A model generated the notes under the pieces. The model did not search any database, was not told where the DNA came from, and saw only the letters and a list, made by a program, of their open reading frames with translations. Source: Bacteroidales bacterium (GTDB lineage: Bacteria > Bacteroidota > Bacteroidia > Bacteroidales > WCHB1-69). Taken from it: a DNA stretch of 51,206 bases. Positions 38,776 through 47,570 of the stretch are shown here, one piece after another (position 1 is the stretch's first letter; the number at the start of each line of letters is the position of its first letter). Location: contig JAFYEU010000031.1 of the NCBI GenBank assembly GCA_017544105.1, positions 1-51,206 of the forward strand, written 5' to 3'. The position numbers and the translations under genes were made by a program.

Positions 38776-39762
38776 TTATGACTGGGGGAGAGCCTCCATG
38801 GCCAGCCGTGTATAGAAGTCCGTCAGGTCCAATTGTTTAAATTTGACCTGATCAGGAATGATGCTTAAAGCTGTCTGTCCAGGAATGGTGTTGATTTCCA
38901 GGAAATAAGGCTTTCCGTCATCTTCCGATATGATGAAGTCAACACGCACAACTCCTTTGCAGTCGAGGTTGTGGAAGATGCACTCGCTGTACTTTCTCAA
39001 GAGCGCCTCATCCTCCGGCCGGATGGCGGCGGGCGTCAGCAGTTTGTGCCCCACCGCGGAGTATTTGGCATCGTAGTCGTAAAACTCGTTGCTGGCCACT
39101 ACCTCCGTGACGGCGAGGGTCTGCACCGATCCGTAAACGGACGTCACACCGCAGGTCATCTCGCGCCCCCGCACGAACTTCTCCACCATCAACTGGTTGT
39201 CGTATTTGAACGCCTCCGCAAAGGCCCCCGCCAGCTCTTCGGCACTGTGCACCTTGGTGACGCCCACACTGGAGCCCGAGTTGCACGACTTGACGAAGCA
39301 CGGATATCCGCATACCGCCTCAATCTGCGCATAGTCGACAGGGTCGGTATGGTAGAAATGCAGCGATGGCGCAATCGGGATGCCTAATGCCGCTACCGCC
39401 AAGTTGCAGTAGTATTTGTTGAAGGTGAGCGCCGAACAGAAACTGCCACAGCCCGTGTAGGGAAGCCCTAACATCTCCAGATAACTCTGTAGCTTGCCGT
39501 TCTCTCCCGGCGTGCCGTGAATGGCAATGAAGACGATGTCAAAGGTGATCTTCTCCCCCGCTACCTTCAGCGAGAAATCATTCTTGTCGATGGGGTACAA
39601 ACTCCCGTCATTGCCTTTCCAGGTCCATTCAGAGCCCTTGAAATGAATAAGATACGGCTTAAAAAGATTCTTGTCCAGCATCTGGAAAATGTTGTCAGCC
39701 GTCCGTAAGGAGACTTCATATTCTCCAGAATCACCGCCTGCGATAAGTGCTATATTATACAT
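38776..39762 (-). CDS. ddl: D-alanine--D-alanine ligase
   Basis: GGDSGEYEVS, HGTPGENG, GSSVG, YDYDAKY, RVDF, EINTIPG. A -7 box TATATTTG lies at 39787-39794 (minus). Confidence 0.95.
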   Translation of the reverse strand: MYNIALIAGGDSGEYEVSLRTADNIFQMLDKNLFKPYLIHFKGSEWTWKGNDGSLYPIDKNDFSLKVAGEKITFDIVFIAIHGTPGENGKLQSYLEMLGLPYTGCGSFCSALTFNKYYCNLAVAALGIPIAPSLHFYHTDPVDYAQIEAVCGYPCFVKSCNSGSSVGVTKVHSAEELAGAFAEAFKYDNQLMVEKFVRGREMTCGVTSVYGSVQTLAVTEVVASNEFYDYDAKYSAVGHKLLTPAAIRPEDEALLRKYSECIFHNLDCKGVVRVDFIISEDDGKPYFLEINTIPGQTALSIIPDQVKFKQLDLTDFYTRLAMEALPQS

Positions 39763-39893
39763 ATTAACATATTTTTAGACAAAGTGCAAATATAGCCATT
39801 CTCCGACAATAAACAGACCCTGCGGCGCTGTTTTTTGAACACCGTTTTGTGTAAAAAAATGAAGCAGAATGGGCGTTGTTGCGGGTGCCTCAC

Positions 39894-40559
39894 CTATTGA
39901 TGCTCCCAGCGGACCTCTTGCTTGAGAATGGTGGGCGGATTGCCACCAATGACTTGGTTCTCGCCTTCAAAGGCGCTCTTCAGCAGCGTGCCAGCCGCCA
40001 GCACGCAGTGGGAGGGCACCGACGCCCCCTTCAGCAGCAAGCACTTGCAGCCAATCCAGACGTGATCGCCTAAACGGATGGGCTTGTCGGGATTGATGCG
40101 CACCCCCTCCTGGTCGTATAAAGGGTGCTCGTCCGTGTCCATCATGAGGGTGTCCCAGCCCACCAGGCAGTCGTGGCCGATGGTGATGCGGTGCGCACAG
40201 ACAATGGTACTCTCCGCGGTCATATTGAAGCCGGCCCCGAGGTCCAGATGCCCGCGTACCGACAGCTTGGAGCCGTGACCGATACTGGCTTTGCCGCCGA
40301 AGCTGACCGTGCCGCTCACCTGCCAGATGCTGCGGGAACGCTTGCGGTCGTAGTGGCCCACATCGCCGAATCCGATCCTGATCATGGCCGTCTCCACCTG
40401 CCCGGGCAGCACAACCTGTCCGTGCAACTCTCGCAAGAAGGTGCGATGCGAGACGAAGACAGGCAGCTTCAAGGCAGTCTTCAACGGGAAATAATGAAGG
40501 TTGAAGCGCAAAGTCTTCGGGATGGAGAAGAGAATATTACAAAAGTCAAAAGCGGTCAT
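39894..40559 (-). CDS. Left-handed beta-helix acyltransferase (hexapeptide repeat)
   Basis: ITIGHDCLVGW, DTDEH, IRLGDHVWIG, IGGNP. Confidence 0.82.
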   Translation of the reverse strand: MTAFDFCNILFSIPKTLRFNLHYFPLKTALKLPVFVSHRTFLRELHGQVVLPGQVETAMIRIGFGDVGHYDRKRSRSIWQVSGTVSFGGKASIGHGSKLSVRGHLDLGAGFNMTAESTIVCAHRITIGHDCLVGWDTLMMDTDEHPLYDQEGVRINPDKPIRLGDHVWIGCKCLLLKGASVPSHCVLAAGTLLKSAFEGENQVIGGNPPTILKQEVRWEHQ

Positions 40560-40663
40560 TGTTGTCTTTTTTATGCAAAGATGTCGGGAAGCATCATTCC
40601 CGGCAGCAAAAATAACTATTTATCGTATATGATGGACCATCAACCGTCGTTTCTTCTCCTAAA

Positions 40664-41524
40664 CTACGTGCAGAGCACATACAGGTCGTCGCGCTGGTTG
40701 ATGCAGAGCACCGGCAATGATTGCGGGTTGCCGATGATCTTCTTCTCCCTTCGGCCTGTCAGCAGGTCTCCCAACGTGACGTATCGCGTCATCATGATGA
40801 CTGTCAGGGAGGCCCCGATGGTGGGCGCGTATTCGATGGAGTAACGGTCTATATCCTGGTTTACCGACACACTGTCCAGCTCATACTTCACCTCCAAATT
40901 CTGATAGAGCTTCTCGACAAAGGCGATGTTGTCGTTCACCTGTCGCTTTAGCCCGGCATCTTTGTAGTCGTTGTGCAGGATGTGGATGGTGGACTGGTAG
41001 AAGCGGCTGAAGTAGCCGGCCCACAAGGCCTTCTCCTTGGCTTGGCGCTCAATGTCGATCGGCAACATCACATGCTGATATATCTCCTTGTCGGGCAGCG
41101 TCTTGCCCACAGTCATCACGGGCAACCGAGACCCCTTGATGAAGCGTAGCGCCTTGCTAAGACTGAAGAATCCCTCGCCTCCCGACTTGTCCACCCCGAT
41201 GACGTACATGATGGTGTTGGTCTCCTCCGCATATTGGTAAAGGGTCTCCGGGAAATAGTAGTGGGGTAGCATGATGGTCTCAATGTTGTGGTCCACCACC
41301 TTCTGTGCATATAGCAGCCAGGCGTCACCATCAGCACGGGGCGTGTGGTCCTCGTAAGCAAACCCGAATTTGGAGACGATGGTCAGGGAACCGGAGAAGA
41401 CGGCAGCCAGCATGGCCCCGTGGCATACCGCTGCACGACCGTAGTCGGAATCGTCGGCGATGGCGAGGATATTCAGCTTTTTCTTCTGATCTACCGGCTC
41501 TTGTATGGTGATGTTCTCCTCCAT
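40664..41524 (-). CDS. Universal stress protein-like (tandem USP domains)
   Basis: NILAIADDSDYGRAAV, SRLPVMTV, HVMLPID, PVLCIN pattern of two USP folds. Confidence 0.65.
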   Translation of the reverse strand: MEENITIQEPVDQKKKLNILAIADDSDYGRAAVCHGAMLAAVFSGSLTIVSKFGFAYEDHTPRADGDAWLLYAQKVVDHNIETIMLPHYYFPETLYQYAEETNTIMYVIGVDKSGGEGFFSLSKALRFIKGSRLPVMTVGKTLPDKEIYQHVMLPIDIERQAKEKALWAGYFSRFYQSTIHILHNDYKDAGLKRQVNDNIAFVEKLYQNLEVKYELDSVSVNQDIDRYSIEYAPTIGASLTVIMMTRYVTLGDLLTGRREKKIIGNPQSLPVLCINQRDDLYVLCT

Positions 41525-41527
41525 GGC

Positions 41528-42247
41528 TTAGCTGTTGGGATGCAGTCCTTTGACCACCGGCTTGGCAGCCACGTACTCTTTCAGGTAGAAGGGCTCGAAG
41601 TAGGCCGTGTCGGCGAACGCCTGTGCCTTCCACTTCTTCAAGGCAGGCACCAGCAGGGAACGGGCCGAGAGGGGGGCGTCCACGAAAAGGGCATGGGGGT
41701 GCTGCGACAACAGCTCTTTGCACTTGGGCATCCCATTGCCACAGAATACGACACGCTGCTGCGCCAATAATGCTTGGAAGGCATCCTCATCCACAATAAC
41801 GGCGGAAGGGGTGCCCACCTCCTGCAACTGGGCATCGTACTGGGCGGCGAAGACCTCCATGCGGCGCGCGTCAATCATCGGCACATAATACGGTGCAGAC
41901 AGGCCGTCCGGGACCCATTGCGCTGCCGCCCCATAGGCCATGCTCTCCAAGGTGCCCACCGTGATGACCGGCTTGCCCAAGGAGTAGGCGATACCCTTGG
42001 CCGTGGAGGTGCCAATGCGCAAGCCCGTGTAGGAGCCCGGACCGATACTGACCACCACACCGTCCAACTCTTCCATGCGCCGCCCGGCAGCCTGCATGAG
42101 CCGGTCAATGAAGGGTAACAGATTTTTGGAGTGGGAGTTGCCATCGGAACTCTCCTCCACACCGATGATCGCCGGGCCCTTGGATAAGGCTACCGAACAA
42201 ATCTCCGTGGCAGTTTCAATATGCAGTAACAATGGTTCTGTGGTCAT
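41528..42247 (-). CDS. tsaB: tRNA threonylcarbamoyladenosine biosynthesis protein TsaB
   Basis: LHIETATEICSVAL, GPGSYTGLRIG, IDARRMEV, EPFYLK. Confidence 0.95.
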   Translation of the reverse strand: MTTEPLLLHIETATEICSVALSKGPAIIGVEESSDGNSHSKNLLPFIDRLMQAAGRRMEELDGVVVSIGPGSYTGLRIGTSTAKGIAYSLGKPVITVGTLESMAYGAAAQWVPDGLSAPYYVPMIDARRMEVFAAQYDAQLQEVGTPSAVIVDEDAFQALLAQQRVVFCGNGMPKCKELLSQHPHALFVDAPLSARSLLVPALKKWKAQAFADTAYFEPFYLKEYVAAKPVVKGLHPNS

Positions 42248-42259
42248 AAACGTGGATCA

Positions 42260-45151
42260 TTAGTGGTTTAAGAGGCCCTCATAGATCAACTCGTGGGCTT
42301 TAAGACGTATTCTGCTCTGTGATAACTTGTTGGGATAACAATCTGGATAGACGCGGTTGGAGAGGAAGATGTAAAGCAGCCCACTGTCGGGGTCGCACCA
42401 GACCACCGTGCCCGTGAAGCCCTGGTGCCCAAAAGTCCTGGTGCCTGCTTTGGCGGGAAGGATAGAACTGCTGCCACTGGCTTTTGGAGTGTGGAACCCT
42501 AAGCCACGCTCCTGACAGCCGTGCATCTTGTACACGGAGGTGAATAGCCGGACCGTCTCCTCCGACAAATAACGATGCCCCTGATAGAGCCCTCCGTTGG
42601 AAACCATCTGATAGATAGCCCCTAATTCAGCAGCCGTGGTGAAAAGCCCCGCATTGCCCGCATTGCCGTAGAACAACGCGGAGGTCTGGTCGTGCACATA
42701 GCCCTGCACCACCTGCTTGCGGAAGGTCTTGTCCATCTCCGAAGGGGCAATGTCCTGCTTGCGGTAACCATGACTCAGCGGGTTGAAGGAGGTGCGCTTC
42801 AGCCCCATGGGATCATAGAAGTTTTCTCTCAGAAAATCTTCCATGGGTTGACCGCTGATCTGTTCCACCATCTCCTTTAACAGTAGAAAGTTGAGGTCAC
42901 TGTACTCGTATTGCTTGGCCTTGAGCTTGCTGTGCGCGATGATGCGGCGCATGGTGTCAGGATAGTCGTTGCGTAGATACAGATGGTCAGCCACTTGGAT
43001 GCTGAAGTTGGTGGAGTGATAACGGCGGAGATACTGCTCATCACCTTGTATCTTGGTGTAGAAGGGGATGAAGGCCGTAAGCCCGGAGGTGTGCGTCAAC
43101 AGTTCCGCAATGGTGATGTTGGCCTTGTCGGTGCCTTTCAGGTAAGGCAGATACTGCCCGATGGGGTCTGTTAAGGCAAACCGATGGTCATCATATAACT
43201 TCATCACCGCCAAGGTGGTGGCTGCGGTCTTGGTGACCGAAGCGATGTCGTACATGGTCTGCACTGTCACCTTGTCCTGTTTGTCGTATGTGAAATGTCC
43301 GAAGGCCTTGTGGTACAATATCTGTCCGTCTTTCATGGCCAGCACGACGCAGCCTGGATAGATCTTGTCGTTGATGCCCTTCTGGAGCATCTGGTCCAAC
43401 TGCTTCACGATGGTGTCGGGAAGCAGGGAGGTCTTCCTCTCAAATTGCCGGGAGGGCGCAGTGCCCGAGCCCGCGGGGAAGTGCGTGGTGCTGACGGGCA
43501 GGAAACCCTCGCAGGCCTGTCGCCCGAAACAAGCATCTACGGCACAACGCAAAGTGTTCGGTGTGAACTGGTAGGCAACCAGCACCGCCTTAACGGCATC
43601 CAACGACGGGAACTGGTTGAGTGCGTAGGGGTTGCCCAGGTGGATCAACACTACCTCTTTGCTCCTGGCCAGCTCCTGGATGAACGACACAGTCTTGGGG
43701 TCCACATCGTAGTTCTTGTTGGCCAGCTGGTTGGAACCGCCGTAGGCAATGACTACCTTCTGATAGGGAGCCAACGCTTGCCGGATCTCCTGCTGCTGCT
43801 GGGTGGTGGGGGCCTTCGACTTGTACAAGGAGAAGAAATGGTAATCTTTCAGTTGCTCTTGATACTCTTTGTGCAGGTTGTCGCGACCTAAGCAGAGAAA
43901 AGCAACGGTGTTGTCGTCGGTCAGTGGGAGCAATCGCTCATTCTTGACCTCGGTGATGGCAAATCGCTCGATCTCATCGTTGATGCGTTGTGCTTCCGGA
44001 GTGTTCAACTGGGCTTGCAAGTGCTGGATGTTGATGGGCCTGGGCGTACGCAACAGCCCTTTGGCTCCTTTAAATTCCAAGACACGCAGACAGCGCTCGT
44101 TGATGAGCTCCTCAGGGATGATGCCGTCATCCACAGCTTTCTTGATGGCTTGGATGATGACCCCCGTCTCGTAGTCGGGCAGCAACAAAAGGTCTACCCC
44201 CGCCAGCAAAGCCTTGATCTCAATCTCGCCATCGTATTGTTTATACTTCTGGACTCCCTTCATCTCCAGTCCGTCGGTGATGATGAGGCCGGTGTAGCCG
44301 AATTCTTTCTTTAATAGCTCGGAGATGATAGGGTAGGAGAGAGAGGATATGGAGTTAGGCGACGGATCCAAGGCGGGAATACTGAGGTGCCCCACCATGA
44401 TCATGTCGGGGTTGAGATCCATCAACTGACGGTAGGGATAGAGCTCCAACTCGTCCAACTCGATACGGCTTTTCTTGATGACCGGCAGGCCTAGATGAGA
44501 GTCTGTCTCGGTGTCGCCATGACCGGGGAAGTGCTTCAGACAGCCGATGATGCCGCCATCCTGCATGCCCCGCAGGTAGCGCGCCCCTTTCTCGGTGACC
44601 TTGTCGCGGTTCTCGCCGAAGGAGCGGCTGTTGATGACCGGATTCTTGGCGTTGTTGTTGATGTCAACTACCGGCGCGAAGTTGAGGTTGATGCCGACAG
44701 CCTGGCATTGCTTGGCAATCTCGACTCCCATCTGATATATTAAAGTATCATGTCTGGCAGAGAGCGCCCCTAAGGTCATCTGCCGCGGGAAGGCGATACA
44801 ACTGTCTAATCGCATCGCCGGGCCCCACTCGCCATCAATGGAGATGAACAAGGGCACCTTGCTCACCGCCTGGATGCGGTTGGTGAGGATGGCCTCCCGC
44901 ACCGGTCCGCCCTTGAAGAAACATACTCCCCCGACTTGATACTGCTCAATCTCCGCAATCTTGCTCAGATTGTAAGACTCCGTCTCCGTGGAGCTGATGC
45001 GGATGATCATCAGCTGCGCGATCTTCTCCTCCAAGGTCATCCGTGACAAGATGGCAATGGCACGGCTCTTATGAGGCGGCACCGTGGTGAAACTGCTGAA
45101 AATTGTCAGAATGACCAGGCACCACAAACAGGAATATAGGAACCTTCTCAT
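42260..45151 (-). CDS. GH3 beta-N-acetylglucosaminidase (NagZ-type) fused to a beta-lactamase-like serine hydrolase
   Basis: DGEWG, APVVD, RSFGE, KHFPGHGDTETDSH (NagZ signature), TDGLEM; C-terminal ASVTK (SxxK), LLTHTSG, YSD, FGHQGFTG. Confidence 0.9.
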   Translation of the reverse strand: MRRFLYSCLWCLVILTIFSSFTTVPPHKSRAIAILSRMTLEEKIAQLMIIRISSTETESYNLSKIAEIEQYQVGGVCFFKGGPVREAILTNRIQAVSKVPLFISIDGEWGPAMRLDSCIAFPRQMTLGALSARHDTLIYQMGVEIAKQCQAVGINLNFAPVVDINNNAKNPVINSRSFGENRDKVTEKGARYLRGMQDGGIIGCLKHFPGHGDTETDSHLGLPVIKKSRIELDELELYPYRQLMDLNPDMIMVGHLSIPALDPSPNSISSLSYPIISELLKKEFGYTGLIITDGLEMKGVQKYKQYDGEIEIKALLAGVDLLLLPDYETGVIIQAIKKAVDDGIIPEELINERCLRVLEFKGAKGLLRTPRPINIQHLQAQLNTPEAQRINDEIERFAITEVKNERLLPLTDDNTVAFLCLGRDNLHKEYQEQLKDYHFFSLYKSKAPTTQQQQEIRQALAPYQKVVIAYGGSNQLANKNYDVDPKTVSFIQELARSKEVVLIHLGNPYALNQFPSLDAVKAVLVAYQFTPNTLRCAVDACFGRQACEGFLPVSTTHFPAGSGTAPSRQFERKTSLLPDTIVKQLDQMLQKGINDKIYPGCVVLAMKDGQILYHKAFGHFTYDKQDKVTVQTMYDIASVTKTAATTLAVMKLYDDHRFALTDPIGQYLPYLKGTDKANITIAELLTHTSGLTAFIPFYTKIQGDEQYLRRYHSTNFSIQVADHLYLRNDYPDTMRRIIAHSKLKAKQYEYSDLNFLLLKEMVEQISGQPMEDFLRENFYDPMGLKRTSFNPLSHGYRKQDIAPSEMDKTFRKQVVQGYVHDQTSALFYGNAGNAGLFTTAAELGAIYQMVSNGGLYQGHRYLSEETVRLFTSVYKMHGCQERGLGFHTPKASGSSSILPAKAGTRTFGHQGFTGTVVWCDPDSGLLYIFLSNRVYPDCYPNKLSQSRIRLKAHELIYEGLLNH

Positions 45152-45156
45152 GACGG

Positions 45157-45390
45157 CTAAAAGAGACGGGGTACAAAATAGCCCTTCTCATCAATGGTGA
45201 TGAACTCGGCAATGCTGAACTGCTCGTAGGAGGCATCCATCTTGCCGGGACTGTCGATGACAATATCCTCTTTTTCCCAGTTGATGCCAACAACAATATC
45301 CGTAGGATAGTCCAGATGATGGGCTAGATAGTTCTTGGTGACGCTGTACAGCTTGTCGCCAATGGCGTGAAATCTTTCCTGATTTTCCAT
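45157..45390 (-). CDS. Small acidic hypothetical protein
   Basis: 77 aa with ATG start, a -7 box TACTTTTG at 45419-45426 (minus), and a 5-nt gap to the GH3 gene. Confidence 0.6.
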   Translation of the reverse strand: MENQERFHAIGDKLYSVTKNYLAHHLDYPTDIVVGINWEKEDIVIDSPGKMDASYEQFSIAEFITIDEKGYFVPRLF

Positions 45391-45480
45391 AGGTCAGAAT
45401 GGTTTGTTAGATAGGCCGCAAAAGTACACAAAATTGTTGAAACATATTTTTTGCCAAAAATATTTATCTTTGCCGCCGAT

Positions 45481-45969
45481 ATGGATATTGTCCTGATAAT
45501 TTTGGGAGCTCTTTGTCTGCTGGCCGGCTTGGTGGGCTGCATCCTGCCCATCCTCCCCGGGGTGCCGCTGGCTTATGGCGGACTGTGGCTCCTTCAGGCT
45601 ACCGACAAGGTGCAGTTCAGCTGGAGGTTTTTGATTATTTGGGGCGTCGTGACGGCTGTGGTGCAAATCCTCGATGCCATTGTCCCCGTATGGGGCACCA
45701 AGGTGCTGGGTGGTACCAAGTCCGGTGTCTGGGGCAGTACCCTGGGCCTTGTCGCCGGCCTCTTCTTCGGCCCGTGGGGCATCGTGCTCGGCCCCTTCAT
45801 AGGAGCGGTCGCGGGCGAGATGCTGGCCCATGGCGTCCATGACGGAATGACCCTGCCACAAGCCCTGAAAGCTGGTGCAGGCTCCTTCGTCGGCCTGATG
45901 ACCGGCACCGTCCTCAAGCTGGTCTGCGTCGGCCTGATGATCTACTACTTCATCGCCGCCATCGTGTGA
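45481..45969 (+). CDS. DUF456 family membrane protein
   Basis: GCILPILPG, GGTKSGVWGS, GIVLGPFIGA..GE. Start at ATG 45481, downstream of TATCTTTG (45465-45472). Confidence 0.85.
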   Translation: MDIVLIILGALCLLAGLVGCILPILPGVPLAYGGLWLLQATDKVQFSWRFLIIWGVVTAVVQILDAIVPVWGTKVLGGTKSGVWGSTLGLVAGLFFGPWGIVLGPFIGAVAGEMLAHGVHDGMTLPQALKAGAGSFVGLMTGTVLKLVCVGLMIYYFIAAIV

Positions 45970-46154
45970 TGCTCCCCTGCCAAGCCAAGCCTTATCCCGC
46001 AGTATTTGTTTCCAATCGGTTGACGATGTGCGAAATTTGTGTACATTTGCCCCCTCTTTTAGCTGCCAGAAACTCAAGGCAAATATGGGTTGTAATGTCT
46101 GAATAACCTCCTCTAGTCCCTAGTCAAAGTTCATCGTCAAAGTTCAAAGTCATC

Positions 46155-47507
46155 ATGTCCACAAATCCCACCCCAAGAGGCTTTACCTCCAACATTGGCG
46201 CAATCCTCGCAGCCGCCGGCGGCGCAGTCGGACTCGGTAATATCTGGCGTTTTCCCTATATGCTTGGCCAGAATGGCGGCGGCGCCTTCCTGCTCATCTA
46301 CATCATCTTTGTCGTGCTGATCGGTATCCCACTCATGATGACCGAGTTCATCATCGGACGCCGCTCCCAACGCAATGTGGTGGGAGCCTACAAGGCCCTC
46401 AGCGGAGGCCGTAAAGGATGGGTCGTGCTCGGCATCTTTGGCATCGTGGCCGCCTTCCTCATCTATGCCTTCTATAGCGTGGTGGCTGGCTGGACCCTCA
46501 ACTATATTGTCTTGTCCGGCAGCGGTCGCCTCGCAGGTCTGGAACCCGATGCCGTGGCCAACGTTTTCGCTAATTTCACCCAAGGCTCTTTATTGCCGCT
46601 GCTGTGCCAACTGCTCTTCTTGGCCCTGACCGGCATTGTCATCACGATGGGCGTCCAGAAAGGAATCGAGAATGTCGGCAAAATCCTGATGCCCATCCTC
46701 TTCCTGCTCCTGATCCTCATGTGCGTGCGATCCCTCACCCTCTCCGGCTCCCAGGAAGGCATGAAGTTCCTCTTTAAACCTGACTTTAGCAAATTGACCG
46801 GCCAAAGTGTGCTCTCCGCCCTCGGACAGTCGTTCTTCTCCCTCAGCATCGGCATGGGCGCCATGGTGACCTACGGCTCCTATATCCGCAAGGAGGACCG
46901 TCTCTTCAAGACCAGCATCTGGATCGCCCTCTGCGACCTGATAGTGGCCGTGCTCGCCGGCGTGGTCATTTTCCCTGCTGTCTTCGCCTTTGGCATGGAT
47001 CCCGCCAGCGGTCCGGAACTTGTCTATGTGGTGCTCCCTAACGTCTTCAACAATATGCCCGCCGGCACCCTCTTCTCCCTCATCTTCTTCCTCCTGCTCG
47101 GCATCGCCGCCCTCACCTCCACCATCTCCCTGCTCGAAATCATCGTGGCCTTCGCCGTCGAAGAACTCCACTGGAAACGCACCACCGCCTCCCTCGTCAG
47201 CACCCTGCTCGTCTTCGTCGTGGGCGCCTTCTGCACCCTCTCTTTCGGCCCCCTGCAGAACGCCAAGCTCTTCGGCCGTACCATCTTCGACCTCTTCGAC
47301 CTCATCACCGCCTCCTATCTGATGCCTATCGGTGCCCTCCTGATGACCATCTTCCTCGGATGGTGCTACCCGAAAGTGGAGGTCAAAGACGAACTGTCTA
47401 ATAACGGGACCCTCAAAGTCCGCGCATTTGAACTCTATTACATCATCTTGAGATATATAGCCCCTCTGGCTCTGGTCATCATCCTTATCTCCGGTATCAT
47501 CGGTTAA
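46155..47507 (+). CDS. Sodium-dependent transporter, NSS/SNF family
   Basis: GGAVGLGNIWRFPY, NGGGAFL, GQSFFSLSIG, TYGSY; -7 box TACATTTG at 46042-46049. Confidence 0.93.
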   Translation: MSTNPTPRGFTSNIGAILAAAGGAVGLGNIWRFPYMLGQNGGGAFLLIYIIFVVLIGIPLMMTEFIIGRRSQRNVVGAYKALSGGRKGWVVLGIFGIVAAFLIYAFYSVVAGWTLNYIVLSGSGRLAGLEPDAVANVFANFTQGSLLPLLCQLLFLALTGIVITMGVQKGIENVGKILMPILFLLLILMCVRSLTLSGSQEGMKFLFKPDFSKLTGQSVLSALGQSFFSLSIGMGAMVTYGSYIRKEDRLFKTSIWIALCDLIVAVLAGVVIFPAVFAFGMDPASGPELVYVVLPNVFNNMPAGTLFSLIFFLLLGIAALTSTISLLEIIVAFAVEELHWKRTTASLVSTLLVFVVGAFCTLSFGPLQNAKLFGRTIFDLFDLITASYLMPIGALLMTIFLGWCYPKVEVKDELSNNGTLKVRAFELYYIILRYIAPLALVIILISGIIG

Positions 47508-47570
47508 AATCCCATTAAACTTTCCCGGAAAAACACTATCTTTGCACCTCGTTTTTAAAAGAAGACCAAA

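Noticed and set aside
38776-39762. ddl as a Van-type D-Ala-D-Lac ligase
   Set aside because: The omega loop YDYDAKY has the Tyr typical of D-Ala-D-Ala ligases, and there are no vanH/vanX neighbours.
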